Shown here in pieces: positions 37,740 to 51,135 of a stretch of 64,000 bases of DNA; the stretch's first letter is position 1, and each line of letters opens with the position of its first letter. This DNA is from Eledone cirrhosa (Eukaryota). The DNA is taken from contig OZ024741.1 in assembly GCA_964016885.1 (NCBI GenBank), forward strand, positions 80,290,001 through 80,354,000, given 5' to 3'. The position numbers were made by a program, and so were the translations under genes. The notes beneath the pieces are model-generated. The model had not been told where the DNA came from, did no database searches, and saw only the letters and a list, made by a program, of their open reading frames with translations.

Positions 37740-37949
37740 ACAACAACAGCAGCAGCAGCAGCAGCAACAAATTTCTTCTTTAAATAATCTTCAATCAAGC
37801 AGTGGTTCTAATAATGGTCCACAAGTGTCTAAGACATTATCTAATGGACCTAGTAACAGTCTTAATAATGCTAACAACCTTGTGAAAACAAACTCTGTTT
37901 ATTATCCACCATCTGGTGTACCTGCTGGACAATTTCCCACGCACCCAAG
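36530..37949 (+). CDS. TRIM33: TIF1-family TRIM protein exon: end of RING, B-box 1, B-box 2, coiled coil, polyQ
   Basis: Acceptor ttttgtcttttcag|; the phase-1 join gives ..KSDS-D-CLKCPTC. B-box 1 CTAC..[26 protein letters not shown]; B-box 2 [32 protein letters not shown]; donor AG|GTAAGC at 37950, phase 2. Confidence 0.95.
37651..37770 (+). repeat. Coding CAG/CAA repeat (40 codons, polyQ with one Pro)
   Basis: Read directly within the exon. Confidence 0.95.
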
Positions 37950-38103
37950 GTAAGCGGCTTTTTTTTTTTTATTTAAAAACATATCTACATCATGAAAACA
38001 GCAACCAGACACAAACCAAGAAAAATACATAGAAGTACAGCTAAGCATTGCCAACCAAATATTAACACACCTTGAAACAGATTTAGGCTAAAGTAAACAT
38101 ATC

Positions 38104-41090
38104 TGTAATTTACTACACCTAAATACAAAATATAATACAATGCAATGTGGTGAACAGCATGATTAAATACACAGAAGTGATTGGAAATATAAATATATAA
38201 CAGTATAATGGAATAATATATAATAAAACACTAAATTTCTATATTTCCTTTCCTTTAGCTGTGAAAAGATGCGAGTATTGACTATTCTTAATAATCACAT
38301 AATTGTTGGGGCTTTGTTGTAAAACAAGTAGAATGGCATTGTGACAATAGTTGTAGGCAGATTGGGACCAGTGTGAGATGGTGATTTTGATGCTACACTT
38401 TTGTATTCAGATTGACTGTAGGAGCTGTAGAACTATTATTGTTATCGATTTGACATTAGTCAAGATTAGATTTGCTTTTGTTAAAATTCAATTGTAACAT
38501 TTAACAAAGTGTCTAATAGATTTGATTTGTTCAGTCATGTTAGTTGAATATGTCATAGTGATAATGTAATTTGTCAACCATTTTGGAGGAGTTTGCATGT
38601 GTATTTCATCTATGTTTGGTGTAGATTTATGAAGATATAGGATTTATTTCATCCGGGCTTTGACAGATTCAATCAGCCAAGTAAGGATTGCACATTGATA
38701 TTTTGGGGACATCCTTAAATGAAGAAACATATGTTCATTAACCCTAACAATGTGAAGAGCTAGCTGAAGCAGTCTGTCACTTGTCTGCTTTTAATGTGAG
38801 TTTTTTAAAGTACCAGTAGTATGGTTCCCTAGTTAATACCAATATATCTTTGCACTAGGCCATTTCTGCTAGGATAGCAAGGAATAGTAGGGCTAATAAT
38901 GATTTCATATATATATGTTAGAAGGGTTTACTTCTCTGGACATGAATTTTGGTTGATGGCAGAGGCCCTTAAAATCATCATCATCATGAATTAATGCCTG
39001 CTTTCCCTGCTAGGAAGGAAAAAGAATTTCTCAAATGAGTGGGTAGTAGCTTTTAAGAAATGGTTTTCATTGTTTGAATGGGACCTGAGTCTTATTTTAG
39101 TGCAAATGAAATAGTATACACTTAATGGGTTATATACATTACACTGGGTTAACAAAAGGCATGGAACTTTGGGTCAACTAAACAGTAGGTTCTTGAAGAT
39201 GTGTCATTAGCATGGTTTTGTGTGCCTGGGTGATATAGTGATATATATAGCATGTAATAGGGGAAGCCAGGTAACTCAAGCCACTCCTTGTTGATTTTCC
39301 TTGCTTGATAACCGGTGAACATGAACAAGACTGAATTTTGATGTTATGAGTTTTAAATGTTTGACTCCATTACTATTACATTTTCTATGTAGGCAAATGT
39401 TTCTAATATTTTCATCTTTGATGATTTGATTGGTAACTATTTGAAAAGCAGCTACACTGTAATACCAGAAGGCACTCAACATAATTGCTAAAGTCTATCA
39501 TTTGCTTTGAAAGATGTATAAAGTTTGTCAGCATCTTTTATGGGTATTTGCTTACATGTGCTGTATAAGTTAAGCACGCTAAATACTTTACATTGGGCTA
39601 CCCGTGATCTGTTACTTATGTACGTTTGGTAGATGGTGTGCACCTAACATGGTGAAGCAATTTATAGTTTGGGAATAGTCAAATACCATGTGTTTCCTAT
39701 TCTTTTTCTATTTTTTTCTACCTGTCACTAATACTTCAGCTCTCCAGGATGATGTGTTGGTTTCTATGATACTTTCTGGTAGTAACACTTGAACTTCTGA
39801 TTCTATAAAATGTGTGACATAGTCTCTATGACACTTTTGTCAGGCTAAATGTGGAAAGAGATAGTTGAGTGCCTCCAAATTAGATGTTAATACCAGAATG
39901 TTGGTTCTTGATATCTTGTTTGATTATAACATTCGAGCATGAATTGTTTAGAGTTATTATGTTATACTTGTGAGAACCAAGAGTAATATCAATTATATTA
40001 TGACCCTGAGCAAGGGAATGGTGGTAAGTAGAAGCCATTGAAATGATCCTGTTATGGAGTAGGTGTTTCCATTTTTGTTTAGCTACAAGCATGTAATTTT
40101 TAAATATTAGTGTACTGCTAGAACCTAAGACATCCACTATTTTACTGTTTATTTTAGCCTATTCTACAGTTCTTGATATGTAGCATAAGGAAGAAGCAGA
40201 AAAAGGCTGAAGCTAATATGGGTTTCTTACTAGATCTAGGATAGTGCCTTCATTTGTTATATAAAGCTGCATCTCATGTCTTTGATTGGGCACTTTTAGA
40301 GTGCTCAGTGAGCCTGCAAAAGAAGTATTTATGCCCTAATGATGCTGTGGTTGTAGGATCTATATCTGGCGATTTTGATTTCACATCAATTCAGGTTGGT
40401 TGTGCTGCATTTGTTGTATAGCAGCTCATGTAGTGTTCCAACTGTTTTTGTGTTCTGGCCTATTGGAATACAGTTTCTAGGTTAAGGTATCTGCATTTAA
40501 AGTAACCATTGAAGAATACAGTTAGAATGTAAATCGTTGAAGGCATCTCAAATATGATCATTCTTTAGCTATTCGGGATTGAAAGTTGCAGTTTTGGTTT
40601 TGAAATTTCAGACACTGTAATTATTGCTTCCAATTTGCTAACAAACATCATGAGAAAACTTCCATTTTTCTGTTTGACATATATATTCTAAAGAGTGTCA
40701 ATAATGGCTTCATATATATTTAAGTCAGATATATAGTCAAAAATATCTTAGGTGTAATTAGCAGTTTGTTGACATGCTGATCTTGAATAACTGATACAAA
40801 AATAGTGAAAATCTTGTACCAATATGGCCATTGTTGAACTGTGTTACTTGTGTTAGAATCTGTATCAAAACAATTTGGTTTTAGAATTTCATTCATTGAA
40901 GCAAAATAAATTGAAACAGATTCCTACCAAAATGAAGATAGCTTTAATTTACGTTGCATACACCTACATGCAAAATATATTACTATAATGCAAAGCAGTG
41001 AACAACATGATTAAATATGCAGAGGTGATTGTAATGAAATGGGGGAGTTGTGAGAATACAGTACTAAAATACAAAATAATGTTCACTACA
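38104..41090 (-). mobile_element. Heavily decayed, internally deleted Ty3/Gypsy LTR retrotransposon with both LTR remnants
   Basis: Diverged direct repeats at ~38104-38243 and ~40943-41090 (tacaccta.at.caaaatata..aatgcaa..gtgaaca.catgattaaata..caga.gtgattg); PPT-like tract 38244-38256. Minus-strand remnants of gag (YVKQKN..LLA, HI*DAF..LHSN.ILQWLL), Zn knuckle (FFC..H..KCP), protease (ORF 39880-40137) and RT (VAAFQ..NQIIKDENI), in Gypsy order. Confidence 0.7.
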
Positions 41091-41329
41091 CTGGCTAAAC
41101 TGAGGCACAAATGCAGATACAGACTTTGGCCAAATTTCAAACACAAACGCAGCCAAATATCAAATATCCTACAGCTAACACATCCTCCCCATATTTCTGC
41201 TTGTTTTTGTGCAACTTTGCATTGCATACCAAAGCGTCAGCTGAGATAGAGGATCCCTTTGTTACCGGCAAAGTAAATACTAATTGAAGTTTTTCTGCTG
41301 TTCTTATTCTAGCTACTGTTTTCAGAGCA

Positions 41330-41900
41330 TCCTCCTCAACTACTAACTAGGTTACCTTGATAAAAGAAATTATAAACCATTTCCTCAGAGCCTACCCACA
41401 GATTCAACATCACCATTTTTCTGTTCAACTTTAACTATGGTACAACATTACACTGCACCAAAGCATCATACAACTTTCTTTTGGTCTGAGAGAATATCTT
41501 TGTTGTCAGCATAGTAAATAGCTCCCTGGCCCTTTTCTATCCTCTTTTATTCAAGTTACTATATTTTCAGAGTACTTTCCTCCACTGTCAATTAGGTTAT
41601 TTATGTAAAAGAAGCCTTCTGAGCATTGGAATTTTACAAGTGATCACTTGTAAACATCAGTCTTCCTTCTTTGTCAGTTTGTATGTGATCTCACCAAACC
41701 TCTTGTGTACCCATTGTTTACAATGATTACACTATATACAATTCCTACCTACTACTTTTCTGCATATTGAGCATGACCATTATCCTCATGGCAACAATGT
41801 CTTGTCTTCTTTCCTACAAAACTTCAGCCTTTGTTAAGATTACTCAGGTCTTTTGATTCTCAATTTGGTTCCATGTCAGGAAATCCCTCAAGTCCACTAC
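41330..41900 (-). mobile_element. Degenerate copy of the PHD-insert RTE family
   Basis: Minus-strand remnants WVHKR, LIDSGGKYSENIV, KLYDA, VMLY. Confidence 0.6.
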
Positions 41901-41985
41901 CAAAAGATTCAGCTAAAATAACTAGATCATCATCATCTATGGTTTCCCATGGATAGTGGGTCTGAAACTCCTGGAAGATAATAAT

Positions 41986-42170
41986 TGTTTCTACTTTAGG
42001 CACAAGGCCAGCAATTACCCAGTGCATTACTGGTACTTTATTTTATCGACCCCCGTAAGGATGAAAGGCAAAGTCAACCTCGGTGGGATTTGAACTCAGA
42101 TCGTAATGGGACGTAACTATACTGGAAAGCATGGCATCCGACCCTCTACCGATACTGCCAATCCACCACC
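41986..42170 (-). mobile_element. Full-length SINE family B with target-site duplication
   Basis: Near-identical to 3151-3335; flanked by tggaagataataat on both sides. Confidence 0.9.
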
Positions 42171-42654
42171 TGGAAGATAATAATAAATAGGAGAAGCCTG
42201 AGGACTTAGGTTTGATGTATATTTACATACATATTAAAATTCTTCACTGAACTCTTTGTCAATTCTCCTTTTCTGATGGCACCCCTGTACATAGTTTCCA
42301 CCACATGCACAAGGCATTCATATCAGCTAATTTTTTAACCCATTTGAATTACTCTTGATGAAGTACATTGTATTTGAATTAATGAAGAAATTGGAGGGAA
42401 TTACTGCAATTATTGGTTATTCCATAAACAAACCAAAGAGAAAAATAACCAAACACAAATGCTACCATAAAGAAACAGAAACACAAACGACATCTAACAG
42501 AAACACTGTTAAACACAACCCTAAACAGTGAAATGTAAACAACTAAATGCATGAAATATTAAAAGAATATCTTTAAAATACTAGTCAAATTCCAATAAAT
42601 AAAAATAGTTTGTATTTGTTTTTATTAATATTACTTTACCTTTCTCTAAGAACC

Positions 42655-42850
42655 ATGACTGAAACTGCTAGAATAGTAGCCAAATTTCTCCCAATTCGCA
42701 CACTACTGTCTTTTATTTTAAAAAAAAAGTCACATTAGAGAATGTGGTTCGAGCTACACACAATGCCTCTTATCAAAGATGGGGTGGTCTTGGTAAGAAC
42801 ATCAATGACTATAGGTTTGCTCGGTTAGAGCTAACCTAGAAATAAACAAA
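42655..42850. repeat. Old interspersed repeat family (related pieces near 20200-20350, 26400-26540, 30500-30610, 60300-60660, 60710-60910)
   Basis: Shared words such as tgctagaa..agc(a/c)gccaaatctc and ttagcccc..g.tca...ctgatc; too diverged to classify. Confidence 0.4.
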
Positions 42851-43083
42851 CACCAATAACATGATTTATAATTAATTTCATATAATCCTGTGGTTTCCTT
42901 TTGGTTTTCTTTTTCTTTAATAAATGGAGAAAAAATTGTTTATCCAGATATTTTAGCTTTAAAAATGAAACAAATCAAAATTTTAATTGACATAGCTGAT
43001 GTTTACAATAATTTTTACTGTTGCTGAGAAAGCTACTCATTCTTTTGTTTCTCTCTTTCCCTCTCTCTCTCTCTCCACCCCCA

Positions 43084-43128
<45 letters not shown>

Positions 43129-43637
43129 TTGTAAATGTGTATACAATGTATATGCATATAAGTGTGCGTGTGTTTGTTTATATAGCATGTTCATGCTCAT
43201 GTATAACTAAATAGAAATGCTTCTCTTCATGAAGTCAATAGAAAGATTCCATTCAAATTAAGAAATACATTCAAGTGTGTCTACTACTACTACTACTATT
43301 ATTATTATTATTATTATTATTAATGTTATTATAATTTATTATTTTCTTTTCTGAAACCTGAAATTTGCTTTGGATTATTTCTAAAACCAAAATGTATCTG
43401 CTTATATTAAAATAGTGAAGAAATAGGAGTCTCCCTGACTGGAAACCAGAAACCAGCTGAGTCCAGCAATCTATGGGCTACTAAGATGTATGTATGTGTG
43501 TGTACATCTTAGTATATGTGTGTATGGTGTACAGTGTGTGGACTTCCAAAGACTAAATTATATAGATTCATTACAACTTTAGATCTCTGATAAGATTTGT
43601 AGATAATGTTTGAAAGCAATATGTATGTATGTATATA

Positions 43638-43677
<40 letters not shown>

Positions 43678-46600
43678 AATCTGCTTGCTATTTTTGTCAT
43701 TTTCAATCTAGTTATGTATATATATATATCTTTTAAAATATCCCAATGGATTTAAAAAATCTTTGTCTGATAATTTTCAATTCTGCATGCATTTATATAT
43801 ATATATAAAACATTTTTTCTAATGATTTGCAAATAGGGTTGTTAAATAGTGGCATGTTAATGTTGAGACAAAAAAGATGTAACATAAAAGTATTGTTTGA
43901 TCATGGAAATAGGATTTTATTTTTACCTATATGCCTTTACTGATGTGACTTAGCTTCATATAACTATATTACATCCATTTAAATAATCCCACAATACTAG
44001 AATTCTCCAAGAGTAGCAATTGGGCAGGAGAGAAAAGTTAATTTTTTTGACCCCCTCTAGTACATTCCTGGATGTATGAAAGGTAAAGTCAACCATAATT
44101 GAGTTTGAACTTAGATCACAAGGAGCTGGAATATGTAAGGTATCTTACCTGACACACTAATGATTCAGCCATTCTATGAACAATATTATTTTCTAACATA
44201 GTTACAAAGCCACAAATTCTTTGGGAAAGAGTTAGTTAACTAAATTGACCTCTGTACTTAACTGGTACTTTACTTACCCAATATTAATTTTTACATCCTT
44301 AAATCATTATTTTACATCTGTTTCCCATGCTGGCATTGCACGAGTAGGTTGTCACAGTCTAAGTTAGTACTTATTTGGAGTTACTGTCCTCTAGGTAGGT
44401 TGTTAGACTCTCTCACCCATATGATTCATGATTTGGCATGGCTTCTATGGCTGAATGTCTTTCCTAATACCAACCACTGTACAGATTGTATTTTTGCCTT
44501 TTATCATGGTATCAGCATTAGATAGGTATGTCCTCAGCATGACTAATGTGTCCTCTCATCCCTATGCTGTCTCAGTATTACATAATGCAATTAAACATCA
44601 ATTCATCTTGGATGGCCCATGAAATTCTTTTCCTCGTAAATTTTGTAGACTGCCAGGTGTAGAGTAATTTCATTGCAGTAGAAAATATATCACTAAAAAT
44701 ATAACACTGCATGTATCCAAGGGTCACAGTGAAAGCTCTCAGTAAAAATACTACAGAAATAATAATACTAATTTCTGATTTTAGGCACAAGGCCAGCAAT
44801 TTTGAGCGAATGAAAGTTGATTAGATCAACTTCAGAAGGACAAAAAGTGACATTAAGAGCCCTGGCGGGATTTAAACTCGGTGTAAAGAGCTAGAATAAA
44901 TATTACAATGACATTTTGTCCAATGCTCTGATAATCCACCATATAATAATGATTTCTAAATCGTAAGACTTCAGATATTGAGGCAGAAGTAATTTATATT
45001 GCACCCCAGAAGTTGACTCTCTACTCTCTTTTGCTTGTTCCAGCCGTCTAGCTGAGGCCATGCTGCTAATAATTGTTTTTAAAATGAGCTTAAGACCAGA
45101 AACATAGTAGGGAGGTGGGGGTCAATATTGAACCCCAGCACTTGACTACTACCACTACTGGTAATACTAATAATCATCATCATGATAGATACATGTGCTT
45201 GGGGTAAAAAGCATGTTGACTGAATTTTGAAAAGGCTGAAGGCTCACTTTATATTCTGTCTGGCATTGTGCTATCTGCAACCACTTAACCATCATTAGCA
45301 CAGTGTACTTAGTTGTAAGTTGATTACCAGGTGAAGGAGCATTTTACTGCTGAAATTAATAGGAATACTATATATATATCATCATCATCATCATCGTTTT
45401 CCTTGCTAGTAGAGGTTGGATAAGATATAGTATTCTATGACTAGATGCCATTGCTGATTCCAAATCATAATGCAAATACAGTATATTCCACTGATTTTCT
45501 TTGAACTGCAAAGTTGTAGGATCTTTTGTTTATGTGGGACATTTAACAACCATCACCTAATGCTTAAGCAGTGTCAATATCATGATGTGCACACACAACG
45601 GTCTTCCACAAACTTTCCATTCACCAATTTCGTTCGCAAGGCCTGGGATTATTGTAAAACACACTTATTAGTATTGAACTAAAATCCCCTCCCAGGTCTG
45701 CAGTTTGTACCACTCCAGTGTATGTTTTTACTTTATATATAGTAGATGCAACTTCAGTATATAAACCAAACCAACACATGAGGATACAGAGGGCAGGTAG
45801 GGGACATGACTTTGAAGGGGGCTATTCACCTTTTATTATTAATTTTTTTATTCTTTACCTACCTTTACTTGCAAGTATATCATATAAACTATGTGTACAT
45901 GTATATAAAAAAAAATGAAATGAAATTTACAGCTCACAACCATGTAGTTTTAACTGGCCTCATATGTGGTTGCATCCTATAGGTTTTATGGGTGTTTTAA
46001 TGATGCCCGAGTCCTATTATGAAAAGCAATGTGAAATGAAGTATGTTGTTCAAGAACACAACATGCTGCCCAGTTCAGGAATCAAACCTACTACCTTATG
46101 ATCACGAGTTCAACTCCAAAACCACGAGGCCCTGCACAATCATATGTATTTACCTGTAACCCATACATAAATCATATGTATATATCACTGATTAATAAAA
46201 TGATTAATCAGTACTTTGAAATGAAGCCTATGTTTCACATCAGGCCTGGGTCTATTAACAGCTTTGCATGGGCCTGAATGTAGTTGATGTTCCCTTGTAT
46301 GTAAAGGACTGTGGGTACATTATGACCAAGTAGTTACAAAGTTCTTTGCAATCACAAGGTTCCAGGTTCAATTTCACTGCATGAAACCATGAGCAAGTGT
46401 TTTTTATCATAGCCTCGAGTCGATCTAAGCCATGTGAGTGAAATTGGGTAGATGGAAATTGTGAAAGCCTGTCAAATTCTATCTGAGGATTAAGAGTACG
46501 TGTCTGGAATACTCAACCACTTACATTATATAATACAGGATGAATTCTACCTGTAATTTACAAAGTGTCTTGTTTCTGTCTTACAAGTGTATCCCTATAT

Positions 46601-47869
46601 TGAGGGTACACTTGTATATGAAATATTCAGCCTCTTACATGCTAATTCAATGAGCAAGTTGATCAAACAACCTGATAGGTTCATCACTCTATCCACCAAC
46701 ATAAACCAAACAAGTTTCACAAGCCACTGAGAAAGATCCCCATAGTCTTTAAAAATAGAACTTGTAGGATAATATGCTCTTGGTGTCTCAGTATAGAGAA
46801 AAGTTGAGATGATCACAGCTGGAATATTTTGGATCATATATCTGTCTGTTCAGTCACAATCAATGTGAGTACAACAAAGAAGTTTGTCAAAATGAATGAT
46901 TTTTCTCATTCACTAATTGAAGCATTTTGATGAGTATTCAGTTTTTTGTTTTTTTTTTGTTTTTTTTAAGGACAAGAGTAACAACAGCTTTGATATTTTG
47001 TTTATTTAGGAATTCTTTCAATTAAATTTAACATAAAAATAGATTCATGTTCAAACTCTTTTCGTGTTTCCTTTGCTTCATTAAATTTTCTGACAAAAAC
47101 AGAAATAATCATTCTCTTAAAAAATATTTAATATAATTAGCTTGTCAATAAGTTTAATTGCTGAGTACATTTACTTTACCGCTTTTTAGAATATATTTAT
47201 TTATTCCAATATATATATATATTTGTGGGCTAAGTTTATTTTGCAATGTGTGGCCACTCTGGTTGGCAAGCAAGGTGTTTTGAATGTAGTGATGATCTAG
47301 AAATGAATGTTGTACTGCCTATATATTATATATATACAATGTATGTGTGAGAGAGAGATGAAATGTGTGGGAAAGTTAGCATCTGTTAGAATGATTGATA
47401 CCACTACTACTAATAATAATTGCAGCATTGGTTCAATTTAACTTATTATTTTAGTAGGTTAACTATTATTTTGTTTGTCAAAATCCTGTTATTAAGTGAT
47501 ATGGTTTCAACTTTCTTCTGTTTAAAAATGATTTCAATATCTTTTTATATCTCCAATTCACTTCAAAAAACAAAATGAACAGAACAAAAACATTCTTGCA
47601 TTTGGATTTTATTGGTTTTAAAAAGAGTTACACACTATTGGAATTTTGCTTTCCCACCCATTTGATTGTGTGTGCGTGTGATGATACTGAGTACACAGGT
47701 GAAACACCAGGGTAACAAAACTCATCATTTAGTCATAGTGAGGAATGTGTATATGTATAGTTGCTGATTATTAGGGTACATATCTGTGAAGGTTACGTTG
47801 CATTGTCACAAAGATAATCTGGTTTAAGCAGTTAAAAGCATGTATAAATATATGTGTGTGTGTGTATAC

Positions 47870-49320
47870 AGAAGGACTAGCCATTGAAATTGTGGGATGA
47901 AAAATGGTAAAGCTGCAGAGCTGTCTGAGATAGTTGCTGAGATGCTGAAAGCGTCTGGGGAAGTAGGAGCTGAACTAGTCGCCTGCAGATTCAATCAGAT
48001 AATGCAGGATAGAGTCATACCCAACTGGTGCAGCAGTATAATTATTAATTGCTACAAGTGAAAAGGTGATGCTCTAGAAAGGAGCAACTACAGGGGAATA
48101 AAACTAACAGGCCACAGTTAATTAGGGAAAAAATCAAATTAGATGAGGTGCAGTTTGGTTTTGTGCTTGTGGAAAAGTACTACAGATGCCCTCTTCTTAG
48201 GCAGCCAATTATAAGAGAAGTCCTTAGCTAAAAGTAAGCCTCTATATCTAGCTTTTGTTGATGTAGAGAAAATCCTTCACAGAGTACCCTGATCTGTTAC
48301 CTGCTGCTCTTTGCTCTTTCAGGAAACTAAGTGTAGAGGAGCTGTCAGTAAAGTGAGAGTGGGAAGGGAGTTTAGTCAGGAATTCAAAGTACAGGCAGGA
48401 GTACATCAGGGTTCAGTTTTTCGCTGACTTCTGTTTATCATAGTCCTCTAGGCCATAACAAAGGAGTTTAAGACTGGTTATCTATAAGAACTTCTGTAGT
48501 TGAATCTGTGGAATAAGTATAGAATAAATACCGGCTGTGGAAACGGAACTTAGAATTAAAAGGGCTGAGAATAAATCTAGCAAAAACCAGTGTTAATAAG
48601 TAGGAAATAAGATAGGACCCTGGTCTCGTCAGGGAAGTGGCCTTGCTCAATATGTAGAAATGGAGTAGATATAAACTCTATACACTGTACACAATGAAAA
48701 TCTTGGGTGCACAAGAGGTGAAGTGGGATAACTGGCAGACTAACAGGAAAGAAAGATTTTGTATGTAGTAGATGTAGTAGATAAGAGTGTTATTGATATA
48801 AACCTTTTCCAATCCTAGGGAAGATCCATAAAGGTGATTGATAGTGTCTGCTACCTATGTGGAAGAGGCTGCTCCGAGAGCATAGTAGCTAGAATAAGGA
48901 CAAGATGGAAGAAGTTTAGGGAGCTAATATCTCTATTGATAACAAAACGTTTCTCCCTACAAATGTGTGCGAAGTACAATGCTGCATGGTACAGGGAAAC
49001 ATGGACAGTGAATGCAGAGGGCATGCAAAAGCTGAAGAGAAACGAGGCATGTTTCAATGGATGTGCAATGTTAATGTTCAAGAACATGGATGAACTGAGA
49101 GAGAAACTGGGTATAAGAGGAATCAGATGTAGTGTGCAAGAGAGAAGACTGATGGTATGGACATGTGATGCACATGAATGAAGAAGTGCCAAGTAATCTC
49201 AGTGGAAGGAATAAGTGGTAGAGGAAGACCAAGAAATATGATAAGTGGAGAGATACTGTCTTGAAAAGGACCCATCCAAGCCATGCAAATGTGGAATTGT
49301 AGACATAAAATGATGATGAT
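47870..49320 (+). mobile_element. Decayed RTE/BovB-like LINE (PHD-insert family) with (GAT)n tail
   Basis: KGDALERSNYRGIKL, QFGFV, GVHQGSV, PHD-like finger at 48633-48780, LREKLGIRGIRCSVQERRL; ends ccatgcaaatgtggaattgtagacataaaatgatgatg. Confidence 0.85.
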
Positions 49321-49682
49321 GTATATATGTATTGTCATTTTATGTGTTTGACAGGACATTACAATCTGAAATAAGACAGGTTGGATGACTACATCTTGCT
49401 TATATTTTGGCATGACTTCCACGGCTTCATGTAGTTCCTAATGTCAACCATCTTACAGCATGTTCTGGCTGCAGTTTATTGTAGCCCTCACATTAATGAG
49501 GATGTTGTGCTCGGCTCAATTCAAGAGGTTTCTCTACTCTATAGTCTCCATTCGATAGCCAACCACTTTACTGTATGTTTATTTATGTGTGTGTACAAAT
49601 ATACTTTTAGAAAAAATCAATTAGCTTACATCTAATATGCAAATATCATTTTTATTATATGTTCTATTTTGTTCTTCTCCAG

Positions 49683-49981
49683 GTTTCTAACTTTAGCCCA
49701 GTTACAACAATCACATATTCAGCATCAGATACAGCAACAGCAGCAACAACAGCAACAGCAACCACAACCCCCACCCCCTCCACCCCCACAGCAACAGTCA
49801 CCAGCCCTTTCATCTCAACAGCAGCAACAACAGCAGCAAAGTTCTACTGTGATGCACCGACCTTTAGTACAACAACTGCCACATCGACCACCACCACCGC
49901 TCTATCCCAGCAACGCGCAACAAAAATCTGCCCCCGGTGACAATTCAGATTCAAGAACCTCATTCAATGGGTCACTAGTAG
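49683..49981 (+). CDS. TRIM33: TIF1-family TRIM protein exon: Q/P-rich linker
   Basis: Acceptor ttttgttcttctccag|; the phase-2 join AG|G gives R-FLTLAQLQQ..; donor G|GTTAGC at 49982 (phase 1) matches the next exon. Confidence 0.85.
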
Positions 49982-50915
49982 GTTAGCATTGGTGACATTT
50001 TTTCTTTCATTTGTGTTGGTTTTTGTTTTGTTGTTTCATCACATTTTTTTCTTAAGGATGCTTGATATAAATCTTAAGATTATAGTAATTTAGTCTATTA
50101 GTATTATGCCTCATCTTAAGAGTATGATGAAAATCAAGGCAGACCTAGATGACACATTGAGTCTTGGAACATGGCATTTTGCTGCACTGACTGAAAATGA
50201 TGAACGGCTGCAGTAGCTGAGGATGAACTTTCTCATAGACTGTCCAATAGGGAGTCTTGTACTTCATGAAACTGGGATAAACTCTGGTTAAATGAAGTTT
50301 GAGGCAAACTTTAACATTATAATATAATGGCCCAAGTAATATATACATATATATAATGTGTCCCATGTAATATATACATATATGTTTATGTATATGGCTT
50401 AATTCAATATTAATTCACTTGTTTATAGTTAGACATTCTTTATATAACTGTTAAGTGGACTTTGCTGCATGGAAATTCATTCTCATTGTTTTTAATTGAA
50501 TATTTGCACATGTAAGACTCATATTCCTAGATTAAGATTTTTATTCAAAGTTGTTGAGCATTCCTGTAAAAATTCTACAGGCTAGATACTAAAATAAGTA
50601 TATATATATATACCCATGCAAGCGTGGAAGATGGACGTTAAACGATGATGATGATGATATATGCATGCTCTGATGAACCAGCAGCATTGGCAAAACCATG
50701 AAATAAACAGTCAGAATTAATAACATGACTCTATTCACTGTATATGTCCTTAATTCAGTGCCTGTTTAGCGTGATTATCACACACACACGCGCGCACGCA
50801 CACACACACAAATAAAACACTTGTATATAAATACACACATGCATATTTCTGATTGTAATTATTATGGAGTTCGGTATTTTGACGTTGGCCATTTTTTATT
50901 TATTCTTTACCAAAG

Positions 50916-51135
50916 GCTGGACTGCTGCTTTAAGTCGCATAAAAACCCCTGAGAACCTTATTGAGAAAACACCATTAAATGCCCTGAGGGGTCAGATTCA
51001 GCACATGTTACAGCGCAGTCCCCAAACAAGCAACGTTGATATGTCACCAGGCTCTCATTCTGACATGAGTTCACACAGTTGGCCAGACATGGCGAAGAAT
51101 GGCACACCGCCACCGCGACCTGCAAGTTCAGATTG
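50916..51135 (+). CDS. TRIM33: TIF1-family TRIM protein exon: S/P-rich linker
   Basis: Acceptor ttttttatttattctttaccaaag|; the phase-1 join gives G-WTAALSRIKTPENL..PPPRPASSD; strong donor TG|GTAAGT at 51136, phase 2. Confidence 0.8.

Noticed and set aside
47675-47720. GTGATGA..GAAA..TA hammerhead-like string
   Set aside because: Core C is missing and the stems are weak; cannot be distinguished from chance without a family consensus.
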